Below are positions 9,697-19,631 of a stretch of DNA of 53,117 nt, one piece after another. Numbering within the stretch: the first letter of the stretch is position 1; each line of letters starts with the position of its first letter. The stretch comes from an uncultured Clostridia bacterium (GTDB lineage: Bacteria; Bacillota; Clostridia; TANB77; CAG-508): NCBI GenBank assembly GCA_944393485.1, contig CALYAJ010000003.1, forward strand, positions 1-53,117. Reading direction: 5' to 3'. The notes below the pieces were generated by a model. That model saw nothing but the letters and a program-made list of their open reading frames with translations. It searched no databases and was not told the origin of the DNA. Made by a program: the position numbers and the translations under genes.

Positions 9697-10084
9697 TAAT
9701 AAAAGTATAATAAAATATGAAAAAAATATTTTTATAAAGTTTTTTGACTATTTAAAAAATAAATTTAAACAATTACGAAACAAAAAAAATCATGAAGAAA
9801 AAAATATAGTAACTGATGAAATTCCAACAAATAATATAAATGAAGAAAAACGTAAAGAAACACTTCAATTATACAATAAATTAAAAAATGGAAAAGTAGA
9901 TATTAATACTATACCAGTAAAAGATTTAAGGAAATTTAATATATTAATAAAAGAAGAAATAAGATTAAAAAAAGAAAAAATAGCTATGCAAAATAAGGAA
10001 TTAGAGAATATAAAGCATGATATAAGAGAGTTAGAACAGAAAAATATGGCATTAAGAAAGCAATACAAAAGTACGGTTACATAA
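9686..10084 (+). CDS. Basic coiled-coil hypothetical protein
   Basis: AAGGAG RBS before ATG 9686; overlaps upstream stop; amphipathic NIFIKFFDYLKNKF and C-terminal heptads. Confidence 0.7.
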   Translation: MKDNNKSIIKYEKNIFIKFFDYLKNKFKQLRNKKNHEEKNIVTDEIPTNNINEEKRKETLQLYNKLKNGKVDINTIPVKDLRKFNILIKEEIRLKKEKIAMQNKELENIKHDIRELEQKNMALRKQYKSTVT

Positions 10085-10098
10085 ATAAGTTACATATT

Positions 10099-10127
10099 TT
10101 GACATAAGTTTTTGGTTATGCTATAAT
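10099..10127 (+). promoter_or_regulatory. Consensus sigma-A promoter with extended -10
   Basis: TTGACA (10099-10104), 17 bp, TG-N-TATAAT (10122-10127). Confidence 0.85.
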
Positions 10128-10174
10128 TAGTATGAGTAACTCTGTGTTGAATTCAAAAAAAGGAGGAAAAGTAA

Positions 10175-10885
10175 ATGGTGGCTAAAATCACAACAGGTCT
10201 ATACATAATGGCCTTGGCCGATGAGTGTAAAACAAAAGAAGAGTTTTATACTCGGCTGTCTAAAAGCTTAAAATGGCTTTTAGAACCATTTATATTTGAA
10301 GTCCTAATGGGAATTCAATTTTTTCACAAAACAACAGCAATGAAAACTTCTTGGATAAAATATCCAACAGAAGAGTTTTTAAAGCTGTTGGGAGAGGAGG
10401 GCAAGGAAATTCTTGAATATCATATTGAGCCGGGAAATCCGACAAGCAATATAGATATGAAAGAATTTGAGATTAGAAATTATTCTCATCCGGCTTTTAA
10501 GGAATTAAAGATTGCCATGATAGTTGAAAATATCATGAGCAAAACAATTGAAAAGTTGGGGATGAAGAATAACCCGAAGGTCTTTGAAAAACTTGCTTTT
10601 CTCCATCTTGCGAAACAGATTCAGCATAAGGATGCTATAAATCTTAATGCGAGATGGTGGAGAAATATTGAAATTCCTCTGAAGGAGGCATATGCTGAGA
10701 AAGTATTCGAAAAAATATGGCCTGAGATTTTTTTATCAAAAGACGAAGACAGTCGCATCAGTGATTGTAACTTTGGCTTTACAAATAAAGAAATGAGATT
10801 TGTAGGTCACACCAGCGAAGAGCTGGAAAGAGCGCTTGACGAGGCGTATGCTGAAGCTTACATTCAGATAAGTGAATTATTATAA
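10175..10885 (+). CDS. Orphan hypothetical protein (236 aa) with atypical codon usage
   Basis: AAGGAGG RBS, own promoter and terminator; many G/C-ending codons (CTG, CGG, CCG, GAG). Confidence 0.8.
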   Translation: MVAKITTGLYIMALADECKTKEEFYTRLSKSLKWLLEPFIFEVLMGIQFFHKTTAMKTSWIKYPTEEFLKLLGEEGKEILEYHIEPGNPTSNIDMKEFEIRNYSHPAFKELKIAMIVENIMSKTIEKLGMKNNPKVFEKLAFLHLAKQIQHKDAINLNARWWRNIEIPLKEAYAEKVFEKIWPEIFLSKDEDSRISDCNFGFTNKEMRFVGHTSEELERALDEAYAEAYIQISELL

Positions 10886-10899
10886 TCTGAATGTGAGCG

Positions 10900-10930
10900 A
10901 AAAATACTGGCCTAATGGCCAGTATTTTTT
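10900..10930 (+). terminator. Intrinsic terminator
   Basis: AAAATACTGGCC-TAAT-GGCCAGTATTTT followed by T run. Confidence 0.9.
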
Positions 10931-11099
10931 GTCTTAATAAGTACGAAATATAACTGTAATGGAAAACTAACAAAAAAATAATTGAAATTAATTTATAAAA
11001 AAAATACAATATAATAAAAATGGAAATAAGATTTATGCTATTAAAAACAAGCTTTGTTTATATCATATTCATATCATTAAGCACTTATATTAAATATTA

Positions 11100-11545
11100 T
11101 AATAAGTACAATTCAATTAAAAAGTAAATATAAATTAAAAGAAATAATGATTTGCTTATTTATAGAAAATATAGGAATTATATTAGGTGCGAAAATTTTT
11201 GATATATTTACAAATATAGAAATATATAAAACAATGAGCATACAAGAAATTATATTAAATGGTTTTTCATATTGGGGAGCAATAACAGGAATTTTGATAT
11301 ATGCAAAATTTGCCTAAAAATCATATACTGATTTAGCACAAATACTATTTCCAAATTTAATTTTAATATATTCAATTTTAAAAATCTGTGTATTTAAACT
11401 AATATTAGAAATTTTTAGACAGCCAGTTAATATAATGTCAATATCTATATCACAAATAATATCAATTTGGGAAATTATAATTCTAATAATATGGTATAAA
11501 ATGATTAATAAGGAGGAAGAAAATGATAAAAGCTATAGTTTATAA
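11100..11545 (+). pseudogene. lgt: Degraded prolipoprotein diacylglyceryl transferase-like gene
   Basis: One frame reads IGIILGAKIFDIFTN...GFSYWGAITGILIYAKFA*KSYTDLAQILFPNLILIYSILKI|CVFKLILEIFRQP...SISQIISI; in-frame TAA at 11315-11317 and loss of the central catalytic segment. Confidence 0.7.
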
Positions 11546-12023
11546 AAGTAATACAGGTCATACAGAACAATATGCACATTTATTAAGTGACAAACTTAAT
11601 ATTCCTTGTTATTCTTTAAGAGAAGCTAATAGAAAACTAAAAAAAGATGATGGAATAATATATTTAGGTTGGCTATTTGCTGGAAAAGTAAAGGGATTAA
11701 AAAAAGCTTCAAAAAAATATAAAATAAATTGTTGTGGAGCAGTTGGCGCATATCCAAAAAGTGAAAATTACACTAAAAACTTAAGAAAGGCAAATAAAAT
11801 AACAAGTCCATTTTTTTATATGCAAGGGGGAATAAATTATGAAAAACTAAATTTTGTGTATAAAAAAATATTAACAATGGTCGGCGAAAGAATTGCTAGT
11901 GAAGGTAATGAAAATAAAAGTGAATTAGTTGATGTGTTTATAAATGGTAAAAATTGTGTACAAGAAGAAAATATAAATGATATGAAAGAATACATCACAA
12001 AAAATATAAAAATAGTAAAGTAA
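11523..12023 (+). CDS. Flavodoxin-domain protein (HemG-like)
   Basis: IVYKSNTGHTEQYA FMN-binding loop; IIYLGWLFAG; FFYMQGGINYEKL. Confidence 0.85.
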   Translation: MIKAIVYKSNTGHTEQYAHLLSDKLNIPCYSLREANRKLKKDDGIIYLGWLFAGKVKGLKKASKKYKINCCGAVGAYPKSENYTKNLRKANKITSPFFYMQGGINYEKLNFVYKKILTMVGERIASEGNENKSELVDVFINGKNCVQEENINDMKEYITKNIKIVK

Positions 12024-12204
12024 TATAAATATGAAAAGGGAATATTCTGAAAACGAAAAAAGAGAATAAAAATCGAATAGCTTGAATAATTATTATAATA
12101 ATCTTATCATTAACTACTGTCGTAGGAACATATCAATATATACAAAAATATAGAACATAACTATTGAAAAGATAATTATTAATTAAATAATATGTAGTAA
12201 AAAT

Positions 12205-12245
12205 AGAAATTACTTTAATGAAAGGGTAGAGTAATTTCTTTTTTT
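12205..12245 (+). terminator. Intrinsic terminator
   Basis: AGAAATTACTTTA ... TAGAGTAATTTCT plus T run. Confidence 0.65.
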
Positions 12246-12299
12246 ATGATATAGTATGAAATGTGAATTTCAAAATTACAAAAGAATAAAGGAGAGAAC

Positions 12300-13811
12300 A
12301 TGAAAAGAAAAACGAAAAATATAATTTTATTTTTTATTTTATTTGTAATAACAGGGGCTGTTTTTTGGAATTATATATCTATGCATTATGCAACAGATAC
12401 ATATAATATTATGAATATAGGATATAAAGAATATGCAATAAATAATTCTTTAAGTGATGGAAGAATATTTATGTTTTTAATAGGAATGGTTGCAAATGCA
12501 ACTAATATGCCTATTAATATTTTTGTAATTGGACTTACAGTAATAGCACTTGCTGTTTCATGTATTTGTGTAATCATACTTAAAGATATGATGTTAAAAC
12601 ATGGCGGAACACGTGAAGGAAAATTATTTGAATTTATAGCTATTTTAATTTCATATTGTATAATATTTAATTTTATGTATGTAGAAAATTTGTATTTCGT
12701 TGAGTCAGCCGTAATGGCATGTAGTATATTATTCTACATATTAGCAATAAATCAAATTGCTAAGAAGAGTAAATATTATTTTATAAAAGCACTATTATTA
12801 GCAATATTAGCAACTTTTTGTTATCAAGGAACAATAGGATTATTCATTGTTTTAGGATTGGTATTTTCTATAATAAAACATCCAAGTGCGCCTAAAGAAG
12901 TTGCAAAAGAATTTTTAATAATAGTTGTTATTGCAGGAATATCATTTATAGCAAATTTAATACAAATAGAAATAGCTACAACAATTGCAGGAACTGTACA
13001 AAAAAGATTAAATGGAATTCAAAATTTAGTCGAAAATTTATTATATATACTTGGAAATTTTGGAACGATGGTATTTTCTACAATATTTGTTAATAATTGT
13101 GGTTTATTCCCAAGCTATTTAATGCTAATTTTTGTTTTATTTGTTATGCTAATTGCATTAATTCATGAAATTGCACATAAAGAGAAAAATATATTTTTGA
13201 ATATTTTAATAATTATTGCTATGACTGTAGCTGTTACAATAGCTATGTGTGTAGTAAGTATAACCAGTTATGATACAGGAAGAATACATATGCCTGTTGG
13301 CTCTTTAGTTGGAATATTATTACTTTATTTATTTTCTGGAACACAAGCATTTATTTATTATAAAATTATTAAATATATCTTATTATCAATTATAATTTTA
13401 TATATAGCTACTGTAACTGCAAATACAATTTGGCAATTATATGAACACAAAGAAGTAAATAAATTAGAAGAAAAGCAATGTCAAGGATTAGAAGAATATA
13501 TTTCGAACTATGAAAAAGAGAATAATGTAAAAATCACAGAAGCAAGATATTTTAAATTGTCTAATATGAAAAAATATGGTTACTTTTCAGAAATAGACAA
13601 TGAATCTGTATTAACATATGATGGAGTTGCATGTACTTGGTCTGCAATTGGAACAATTAATTTTTATACAGGCAGAGATTTTGAAGATAATTATTTAGAA
13701 GCATATCCAAATAAAGAATTATTTTATGAATATGCTGCACTTAGAAATTTAGGATATGAAAACAATTTTGTTATTATGGATAACATATTATACTTTTTAG
13801 CATATATTTAG
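12300..13811 (+). CDS. GtrII-family (GT-C) membrane glucosyltransferase, paralog 1
   Basis: About 11 TM helices; HYATDTY...SLSDGR loop and CYQGTIG motif. Confidence 0.75.
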   Translation: MKRKTKNIILFFILFVITGAVFWNYISMHYATDTYNIMNIGYKEYAINNSLSDGRIFMFLIGMVANATNMPINIFVIGLTVIALAVSCICVIILKDMMLKHGGTREGKLFEFIAILISYCIIFNFMYVENLYFVESAVMACSILFYILAINQIAKKSKYYFIKALLLAILATFCYQGTIGLFIVLGLVFSIIKHPSAPKEVAKEFLIIVVIAGISFIANLIQIEIATTIAGTVQKRLNGIQNLVENLLYILGNFGTMVFSTIFVNNCGLFPSYLMLIFVLFVMLIALIHEIAHKEKNIFLNILIIIAMTVAVTIAMCVVSITSYDTGRIHMPVGSLVGILLLYLFSGTQAFIYYKIIKYILLSIIILYIATVTANTIWQLYEHKEVNKLEEKQCQGLEEYISNYEKENNVKITEARYFKLSNMKKYGYFSEIDNESVLTYDGVACTWSAIGTINFYTGRDFEDNYLEAYPNKELFYEYAALRNLGYENNFVIMDNILYFLAYI

Positions 13812-13818
13812 GAGAAAT

Positions 13819-15315
13819 ATGAAAAAGAAAAATATATATTTTTTAATAGTAGTAATAATATTGGCAGTATTAATGTATATTAATTGGATTACTATGCATT
13901 ATTCTGCCGATACGTATAATATAATAAATGTGGGCTATGAAAAATATGCCACAAATTGGTCATTAAAAGATGGCAGATTATTTATGTATGTAATTACAAT
14001 GTTGGCATCTATATTAAATTTGCCAATTAATATTTTTGTAATATCTACATTAGTATTCGCAATAATCATATCTTCAGTAGTTGTAATTAAACTAAAAAAT
14101 CTTGTTATAAAAAATTACGAAAATATCACAATAAAGAAAGAAATATTGTTTACAATAATTTCATTCTTTACTATATTTAATTTTATGTACATAGAAGATA
14201 TGTATTTTGTGGAATGTGTCGTTATGGCAATTAGTTTATTACTTTTTACTTATTCTGCAGAATTTATTGTATATGCAGAAAAAAAGAAGAGAATTTTTAT
14301 AGCTGTAATATTATCAATATTAGGAGTAATTGCATATCAGGGAACTATTGGTTATTTAATAATTTTAACATTTATATTATCGTTACTAAAAAATCCAGTA
14401 ATATTAGAAGGGAAAAAAGAAGACTTAATTAAAAATATAAAACAAATATGTTGGGATTTATTTAAATCTATAATAATAGTTGTAATTTCTATAGCTATTA
14501 ATATGTTATTAGTTAAAATTATAGGAGCTTTAACTAATCAAGAACAAACAAGAGTAGGAAGTATTACATCAATTTTTAGTAATATAAATTATATATTAAA
14601 TAACTTTTCAAGCATTTTGAAAAATTGTATAGGTCTATTCCCAGAATATATGTTATATGTTTTTTTAGGTATATTATTAACATTTTCAGTAATATATGAT
14701 ATAAAAACAAAAGGTAAAAATCTGTTTACAGTAAAAACAATTTTAATAATTTTAATAAGTTTAATAAGTGCATTTATAGTTTCTGTGGGAACATTATCAA
14801 GCTTTTTTACAGGAAGACTAAGATTTTGCATTGGAAGCATTATTGGCTTTGTATTAATTTGTCTATTAAAGGAAAATAAGAGCAAAATATGTAATTATTT
14901 TTTATATATTATTTTAATTTTATATAGCATTATAAATATATATAATTGTATAATAGTTACATATGAACATAAATTAGTAAATATTTATGAAAAAGAAGAA
15001 GTACAAAATATTAGTAATTACATAAAAGAATATGAAGATAAAACAAATATAACTGTAAATAAAATTGCTATATACACTGTAAAGGGAGAAAGCAATAAGG
15101 CATATTTTACTAACATAAATAGAAAATCTGTTGTAACATATAATTCATTAAGATGTGATTGGGCAGCAGATGGCTTAATAAATTTTTATTCAAATGAAAA
15201 ATTAGAAAAGATTAGTTTAACTAAAGAAATTCTAATAGAATATTTACAGAATAGACCAGAAGATGGTTACAAAATTATTGGTGATACACTAGTATTAGAA
15301 TGTTATATGTATTAG
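13819..15315 (+). CDS. GtrII-family (GT-C) membrane glucosyltransferase, paralog 2
   Basis: Same motifs HYSADTY...SLKDGR, FNFMYIE, AYQGTIG, YEHKLVN; colinear with paralog 1. Confidence 0.75.
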   Translation: MKKKNIYFLIVVIILAVLMYINWITMHYSADTYNIINVGYEKYATNWSLKDGRLFMYVITMLASILNLPINIFVISTLVFAIIISSVVVIKLKNLVIKNYENITIKKEILFTIISFFTIFNFMYIEDMYFVECVVMAISLLLFTYSAEFIVYAEKKKRIFIAVILSILGVIAYQGTIGYLIILTFILSLLKNPVILEGKKEDLIKNIKQICWDLFKSIIIVVISIAINMLLVKIIGALTNQEQTRVGSITSIFSNINYILNNFSSILKNCIGLFPEYMLYVFLGILLTFSVIYDIKTKGKNLFTVKTILIILISLISAFIVSVGTLSSFFTGRLRFCIGSIIGFVLICLLKENKSKICNYFLYIILILYSIINIYNCIIVTYEHKLVNIYEKEEVQNISNYIKEYEDKTNITVNKIAIYTVKGESNKAYFTNINRKSVVTYNSLRCDWAADGLINFYSNEKLEKISLTKEILIEYLQNRPEDGYKIIGDTLVLECYMY

Positions 15316-15330
15316 AAAAGAGGTAACAAA

Positions 15331-18030
15331 TTGGGAAAATTAGTATTAGTAGATGGTAATAGTATTTTAAATAGAGCTTTTTATGGAATAATGGGTAACA
15401 AAATGCTTACAACAAAAGATGGTACACCAACAAATGCAGTATATGGATTTTTGGCAATACTATTTAAAATATTAGATGATATAAAACCAGAATATCTTGT
15501 AGTTGCTTTTGATAAAAAAGGACCAACAAAAAGACATAAAATGTATGATGGTTATAAAGCAAACAGAAAAGGAATGCCAGATGAACTTGCCTGTCAGATG
15601 CCTATAATAAAAGATATATTACGAGCTATGAATATAGATATAATAGAAAAAGAAGGATATGAAGGTGATGATATACTAGGTACATTATCTGTATTTGGAG
15701 AAGAACAAGGACTTGATGTAACAATACTTTCAGGAGATAGAGATACTTTTCAACTTGCAACAGATAAAGTTACTATAAGAATTCCTAGAACTAAAATGGG
15801 AAAAACAGAAGAAGAAGATTTTAACAGAGAAAAAGTAAAAGAAGTATATGGAATAGAACCAAAACAATTAATAGAAGTAAAAGGACTTCAAGGTGATACT
15901 TCAGATAATATACCAGGTGTTCCAGGAATAGGAGAAAAAACAGCATTAAAATTAATACAGGAATATTCTAATATAGAAAATCTATATGCTGAAATTGAAA
16001 AGGGACAAGCATTGGATATAAAAGGAAAAACTAGAGAAAGAATTATAGAAAATAAGGACTTAGCAATTCTTTCTAAAGAATTAGGTACAATAGATGTAAA
16101 CTCACCAATTGAAGAGGATTTAGAGCAATTTAAAGTAGAAGAATGGAATAAAGAAGAAGTATTTAAATTATTTAAAAGTCTAAATTTTAATAGATATATA
16201 GAAAGATTTAATTTAGCAGATGGAATTCAATTAGAAGAGCAAACAGAACAAATAGAGAAATTTGATATAAAAGAAATACAATTAGAAGAGTTAAAAGATA
16301 AAATAAAAAATGAAATTTTTTATAGTTTTTATACAATAGAAGAAAATAAAGATGAATATATAATAAAAAAGAAAATTAATAAAATCTTTGTATATATGAA
16401 AGATGAAAACATAGTATATTTTTCAGAAATACTAGGAAAAGAAAATATATTAAAAGAGATTTTTGAAGATGTAGAAATAAAAAAATATGGATATAAAATT
16501 TCAACAGATTATATTTTATTAAAACAATTAGGAATTACACCAAAGGGAATAGTATATGATGCAGAAATTGCCGTATATGATTTGGATCCATCTAATATGA
16601 AATATAAAATGGAAGATGTAGCATATCAATATTTAGATTTTAATACAGAAGATTATTTAAAAGGCTTAGGAATAAAAAAAGAAGAGCAAATAAATTTATT
16701 TGAAGAAAATTCAAATGCTAATGAATATGAAAAAACAATAAATTCTTTAAATACATATTTGATATATAAACTTTATGAAAAAACAAGTATGGAATTAGAT
16801 AATTTAAACGAAAAAGACTTATTCAATAATATAGAAATGCCACTAGTAGAAGTTTTAGCAGAAATGCAATACGCAGGCATAAAAATTGAAAAAGAAAAAT
16901 TAGAAAATTTTGGAGTAGAATTAAAACAAAATATTGATGAGCTTACAAAAGAAATTTACAATTTAAGTGGACAAGAATTTAATATAAATTCTACAAAGCA
17001 ATTAGGAGAAATCTTATTTGAAAAGTTAAAATTACCAGTAGTAAAGAAAACAAAGACTGGTTATTCAACAGATGTAGATGTATTAGAAAAGTTAAAAAAT
17101 GAACATCCAATAATAGAAAAAATATTGGAATATAGAAGTTTAACTAAATTGAATTCTACATATGTAGAAGGATTAAAACCATATATAAATAAGGTAACAG
17201 GAAGAATTCATTCATATTTTCATCAAACAATTACTGCAACGGGAAGAATAAGTTCTACAGAGCCAAACTTACAAAATATTCCTACAAGAATAGAATTAGG
17301 AAAAAGATTAAAAAAAGCATTTGTGCCTAAAGAAGGATACATATTTATAGATGCGGATTATTCACAAATTGAACTTAGAGTTTTAGCACATATTTCTAAA
17401 GATGAAAATATGATAAAAGCTTTTAAAAATGATGAGGATATACATAAACAAGCAGCATCAAATGTATTTAATATTCCAATAGATGAAGTAACAAAAGAAC
17501 AAAGATCACATGCAAAAGCAGTTAATTTTGGAATTGTATATGGAATTAGCGATTTTGGATTAGGAGAACAAATAGGAGTATCTAGAAAAAAAGCAAAGGA
17601 ATATATAAATCAATATTTGGAAAAATATTCTGGCATTAATAAATTTATGGACGAAATTGTAGAAAAAGCAAAAGAGCAAGGATATGTAGAAACATTATTT
17701 AATAGAAGAAGATATATTCCAGAACTTAAATCTAAGAATTTTAATATTAGACAATTTGGTGCAAGAGCTGCAATGAATACACCAATTCAAGGAACTGCAG
17801 CAGATATAATGAAAATTGCAATGATTAATGTATACAAAAAATTAAAAGAAGAAAAATTAGATGCGCGCCTTATTTTGCAAATACACGATGAGCTTTTAAT
17901 AGAGGCAAAAGAGAATGAAAAGGAAAGGGTAAAAAACATATTACAATCATGTATGGAGGATGCAATTAAATTAGAAGTACCTCTTAAAGCAGAAGTTTCA
18001 GAGGCATATAATTGGTACGATTTAAAGTGA
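15331..18030 (+). CDS. polA: DNA polymerase I
   Basis: 5'-3' exonuclease (LVDGNS, GDTSDNIPGVPGIGEKTA); motifs A DADYSQIELR, B AKAVNFGIVYG, C LQIHDEL; TTG start. Confidence 0.98.
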   Translation: MGKLVLVDGNSILNRAFYGIMGNKMLTTKDGTPTNAVYGFLAILFKILDDIKPEYLVVAFDKKGPTKRHKMYDGYKANRKGMPDELACQMPIIKDILRAMNIDIIEKEGYEGDDILGTLSVFGEEQGLDVTILSGDRDTFQLATDKVTIRIPRTKMGKTEEEDFNREKVKEVYGIEPKQLIEVKGLQGDTSDNIPGVPGIGEKTALKLIQEYSNIENLYAEIEKGQALDIKGKTRERIIENKDLAILSKELGTIDVNSPIEEDLEQFKVEEWNKEEVFKLFKSLNFNRYIERFNLADGIQLEEQTEQIEKFDIKEIQLEELKDKIKNEIFYSFYTIEENKDEYIIKKKINKIFVYMKDENIVYFSEILGKENILKEIFEDVEIKKYGYKISTDYILLKQLGITPKGIVYDAEIAVYDLDPSNMKYKMEDVAYQYLDFNTEDYLKGLGIKKEEQINLFEENSNANEYEKTINSLNTYLIYKLYEKTSMELDNLNEKDLFNNIEMPLVEVLAEMQYAGIKIEKEKLENFGVELKQNIDELTKEIYNLSGQEFNINSTKQLGEILFEKLKLPVVKKTKTGYSTDVDVLEKLKNEHPIIEKILEYRSLTKLNSTYVEGLKPYINKVTGRIHSYFHQTITATGRISSTEPNLQNIPTRIELGKRLKKAFVPKEGYIFIDADYSQIELRVLAHISKDENMIKAFKNDEDIHKQAASNVFNIPIDEVTKEQRSHAKAVNFGIVYGISDFGLGEQIGVSRKKAKEYINQYLEKYSGINKFMDEIVEKAKEQGYVETLFNRRRYIPELKSKNFNIRQFGARAAMNTPIQGTAADIMKIAMINVYKKLKEEKLDARLILQIHDELLIEAKENEKERVKNILQSCMEDAIKLEVPLKAEVSEAYNWYDLK

Positions 18031-18044
18031 CAAAGGAGGAAAAC

Positions 18045-18611
18045 ATGGGAAAAAAGTTACTAAAAATATTTATAATTTTAGCATGCATTATTCTTGTGTT
18101 ATATATATTATTTGGTGTATTTAAAATACATAATGAAATACTTAAAATAATTTACCCACAAAAATATTCTGAATATGTAGAGCAGGTTGCTATTGAATAT
18201 GAATTAGATCCATTATTATTATATGCAATTATAAAAGCGGAAAGTAATTTCGACTCAGATGCAGTTTCTAGAAGTAATGCCGTTGGTTTAATGCAATTAA
18301 TGGATAGCACAGCCGAAGAAACAGCTGGAAAATTGGGAATAAAATACGAAAAAGAAATGTTAAAAGATCCGGAAATGAATATAAAACTTGGCAGTAGTTA
18401 TTTTAATAGTTTATATGATAAATATGAAAATGTTGCACTAGCTCTTACTGCATATAATGCAGGTAGTGGTAATGTAGATAAATGGATTGAAGAAGAAACG
18501 ATATTATCAGATGGTTCAAATATAGAGAATATACCATTTAGAGAAACAAATAACTATGTTAGAAAAATATTAAGGGACTATGAAATTTATCAAAATATTT
18601 ATAGTGATTAA
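18045..18611 (+). CDS. SLT-domain lytic transglycosylase
   Basis: AIIKAESNF, AVGLMQL, ALTAYNAG, ETNNYV; N-terminal TM anchor; AAGGAGG RBS. Confidence 0.95.
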   Translation: MGKKLLKIFIILACIILVLYILFGVFKIHNEILKIIYPQKYSEYVEQVAIEYELDPLLLYAIIKAESNFDSDAVSRSNAVGLMQLMDSTAEETAGKLGIKYEKEMLKDPEMNIKLGSSYFNSLYDKYENVALALTAYNAGSGNVDKWIEEETILSDGSNIENIPFRETNNYVRKILRDYEIYQNIYSD

Positions 18612-18622
18612 GGAGGCTTAAT

Positions 18623-19627
18623 ATGTCAATATTAGTTACAGGTGGGGCAGGTTATATAGGTAGCCATACAGTAGTAGAATTATTACAAGTAGGAAGAGAT
18701 GTTATAATAGTAGATAATTTTTCAAATAGTAAACCAAAAGTTTTAGATGCAATAAGACAAATAACAGGAAAGAATTTTAAATTCTATGAAATTGATTATT
18801 TAGATACAGAAAAGTTAGACAAAGTGTTTAAGGAAAACGATATAGATGCTGTTATAAATTTTGCAGGTTTCAAAGCTGTTGGAGAATCTACTAAAAAACC
18901 ACTAGATTATTATACAAATAATGTTGCAGGAGCACTAAGTTTATTAAATGTAATGAATAAGAATAATGTAAAAACATTTGTATTTAGTTCTACTGCTACA
19001 GTTTATGGTAATTCTACAGAAATTCCATACACTGAAGATTTAAAAACTGGTGATACAACAAATCCATATGCAACAACAAAATATTTTATAGAAGAAATAC
19101 TAAAAGATGTATATAAGGCTGACAATTCATGGAATATTGCAATTTTAAGGTATTTTAATCCAATAGGAGCACATGAAAGTGGACTAATTGGAGAAGAGCC
19201 TCAGGGAATTCCAAATAATTTAATGCCATATGTTGCAAGAGTAGCAAAAGGAATATTAAAAGAACTTTCAGTTTTTGGAAATGATTATAATACTCCAGAT
19301 GGAACAGGTGTAAGGGATTATATTCACGTTGTAGATTTAGCAATTGGTCATATAAAAGCATTAGAAAAATTGGAAAAAGAAAAACATGGTGTATTTATAT
19401 ATAATCTTGGAACTGGTAAAGGATATAGTGTTTTAGATATGGTAAAAACTTTTGAAGAAGTTTCAGGTAAAAAAGTTCCATATAAAATAGAACCTAGAAG
19501 ACCTGGTGATATAGATATGTTTTATTCAGATCCTACAAAAGCAAAAGAAGAATTAGGTTGGGAGGCAACTCATGATTTTAAACAAATGTGCAAAGATTCT
19601 TGGAATTATATAGACAAAAATTATTAG
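18623..19627 (+). CDS. galE: UDP-glucose 4-epimerase
   Basis: TGGAGYIGSH, KAVGES, YATTK, LRYFNPIGAH, PNNLMP, RDYIHV. Confidence 0.97.
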   Translation: MSILVTGGAGYIGSHTVVELLQVGRDVIIVDNFSNSKPKVLDAIRQITGKNFKFYEIDYLDTEKLDKVFKENDIDAVINFAGFKAVGESTKKPLDYYTNNVAGALSLLNVMNKNNVKTFVFSSTATVYGNSTEIPYTEDLKTGDTTNPYATTKYFIEEILKDVYKADNSWNIAILRYFNPIGAHESGLIGEEPQGIPNNLMPYVARVAKGILKELSVFGNDYNTPDGTGVRDYIHVVDLAIGHIKALEKLEKEKHGVFIYNLGTGKGYSVLDMVKTFEEVSGKKVPYKIEPRRPGDIDMFYSDPTKAKEELGWEATHDFKQMCKDSWNYIDKNY

Positions 19628-19631
19628 TAAG

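Noticed and set aside
12030-12160. Small membrane-peptide gene after the flavodoxin
   Set aside because: The hydrophobic frame has an internal TGA and no proper start; at most a remnant.
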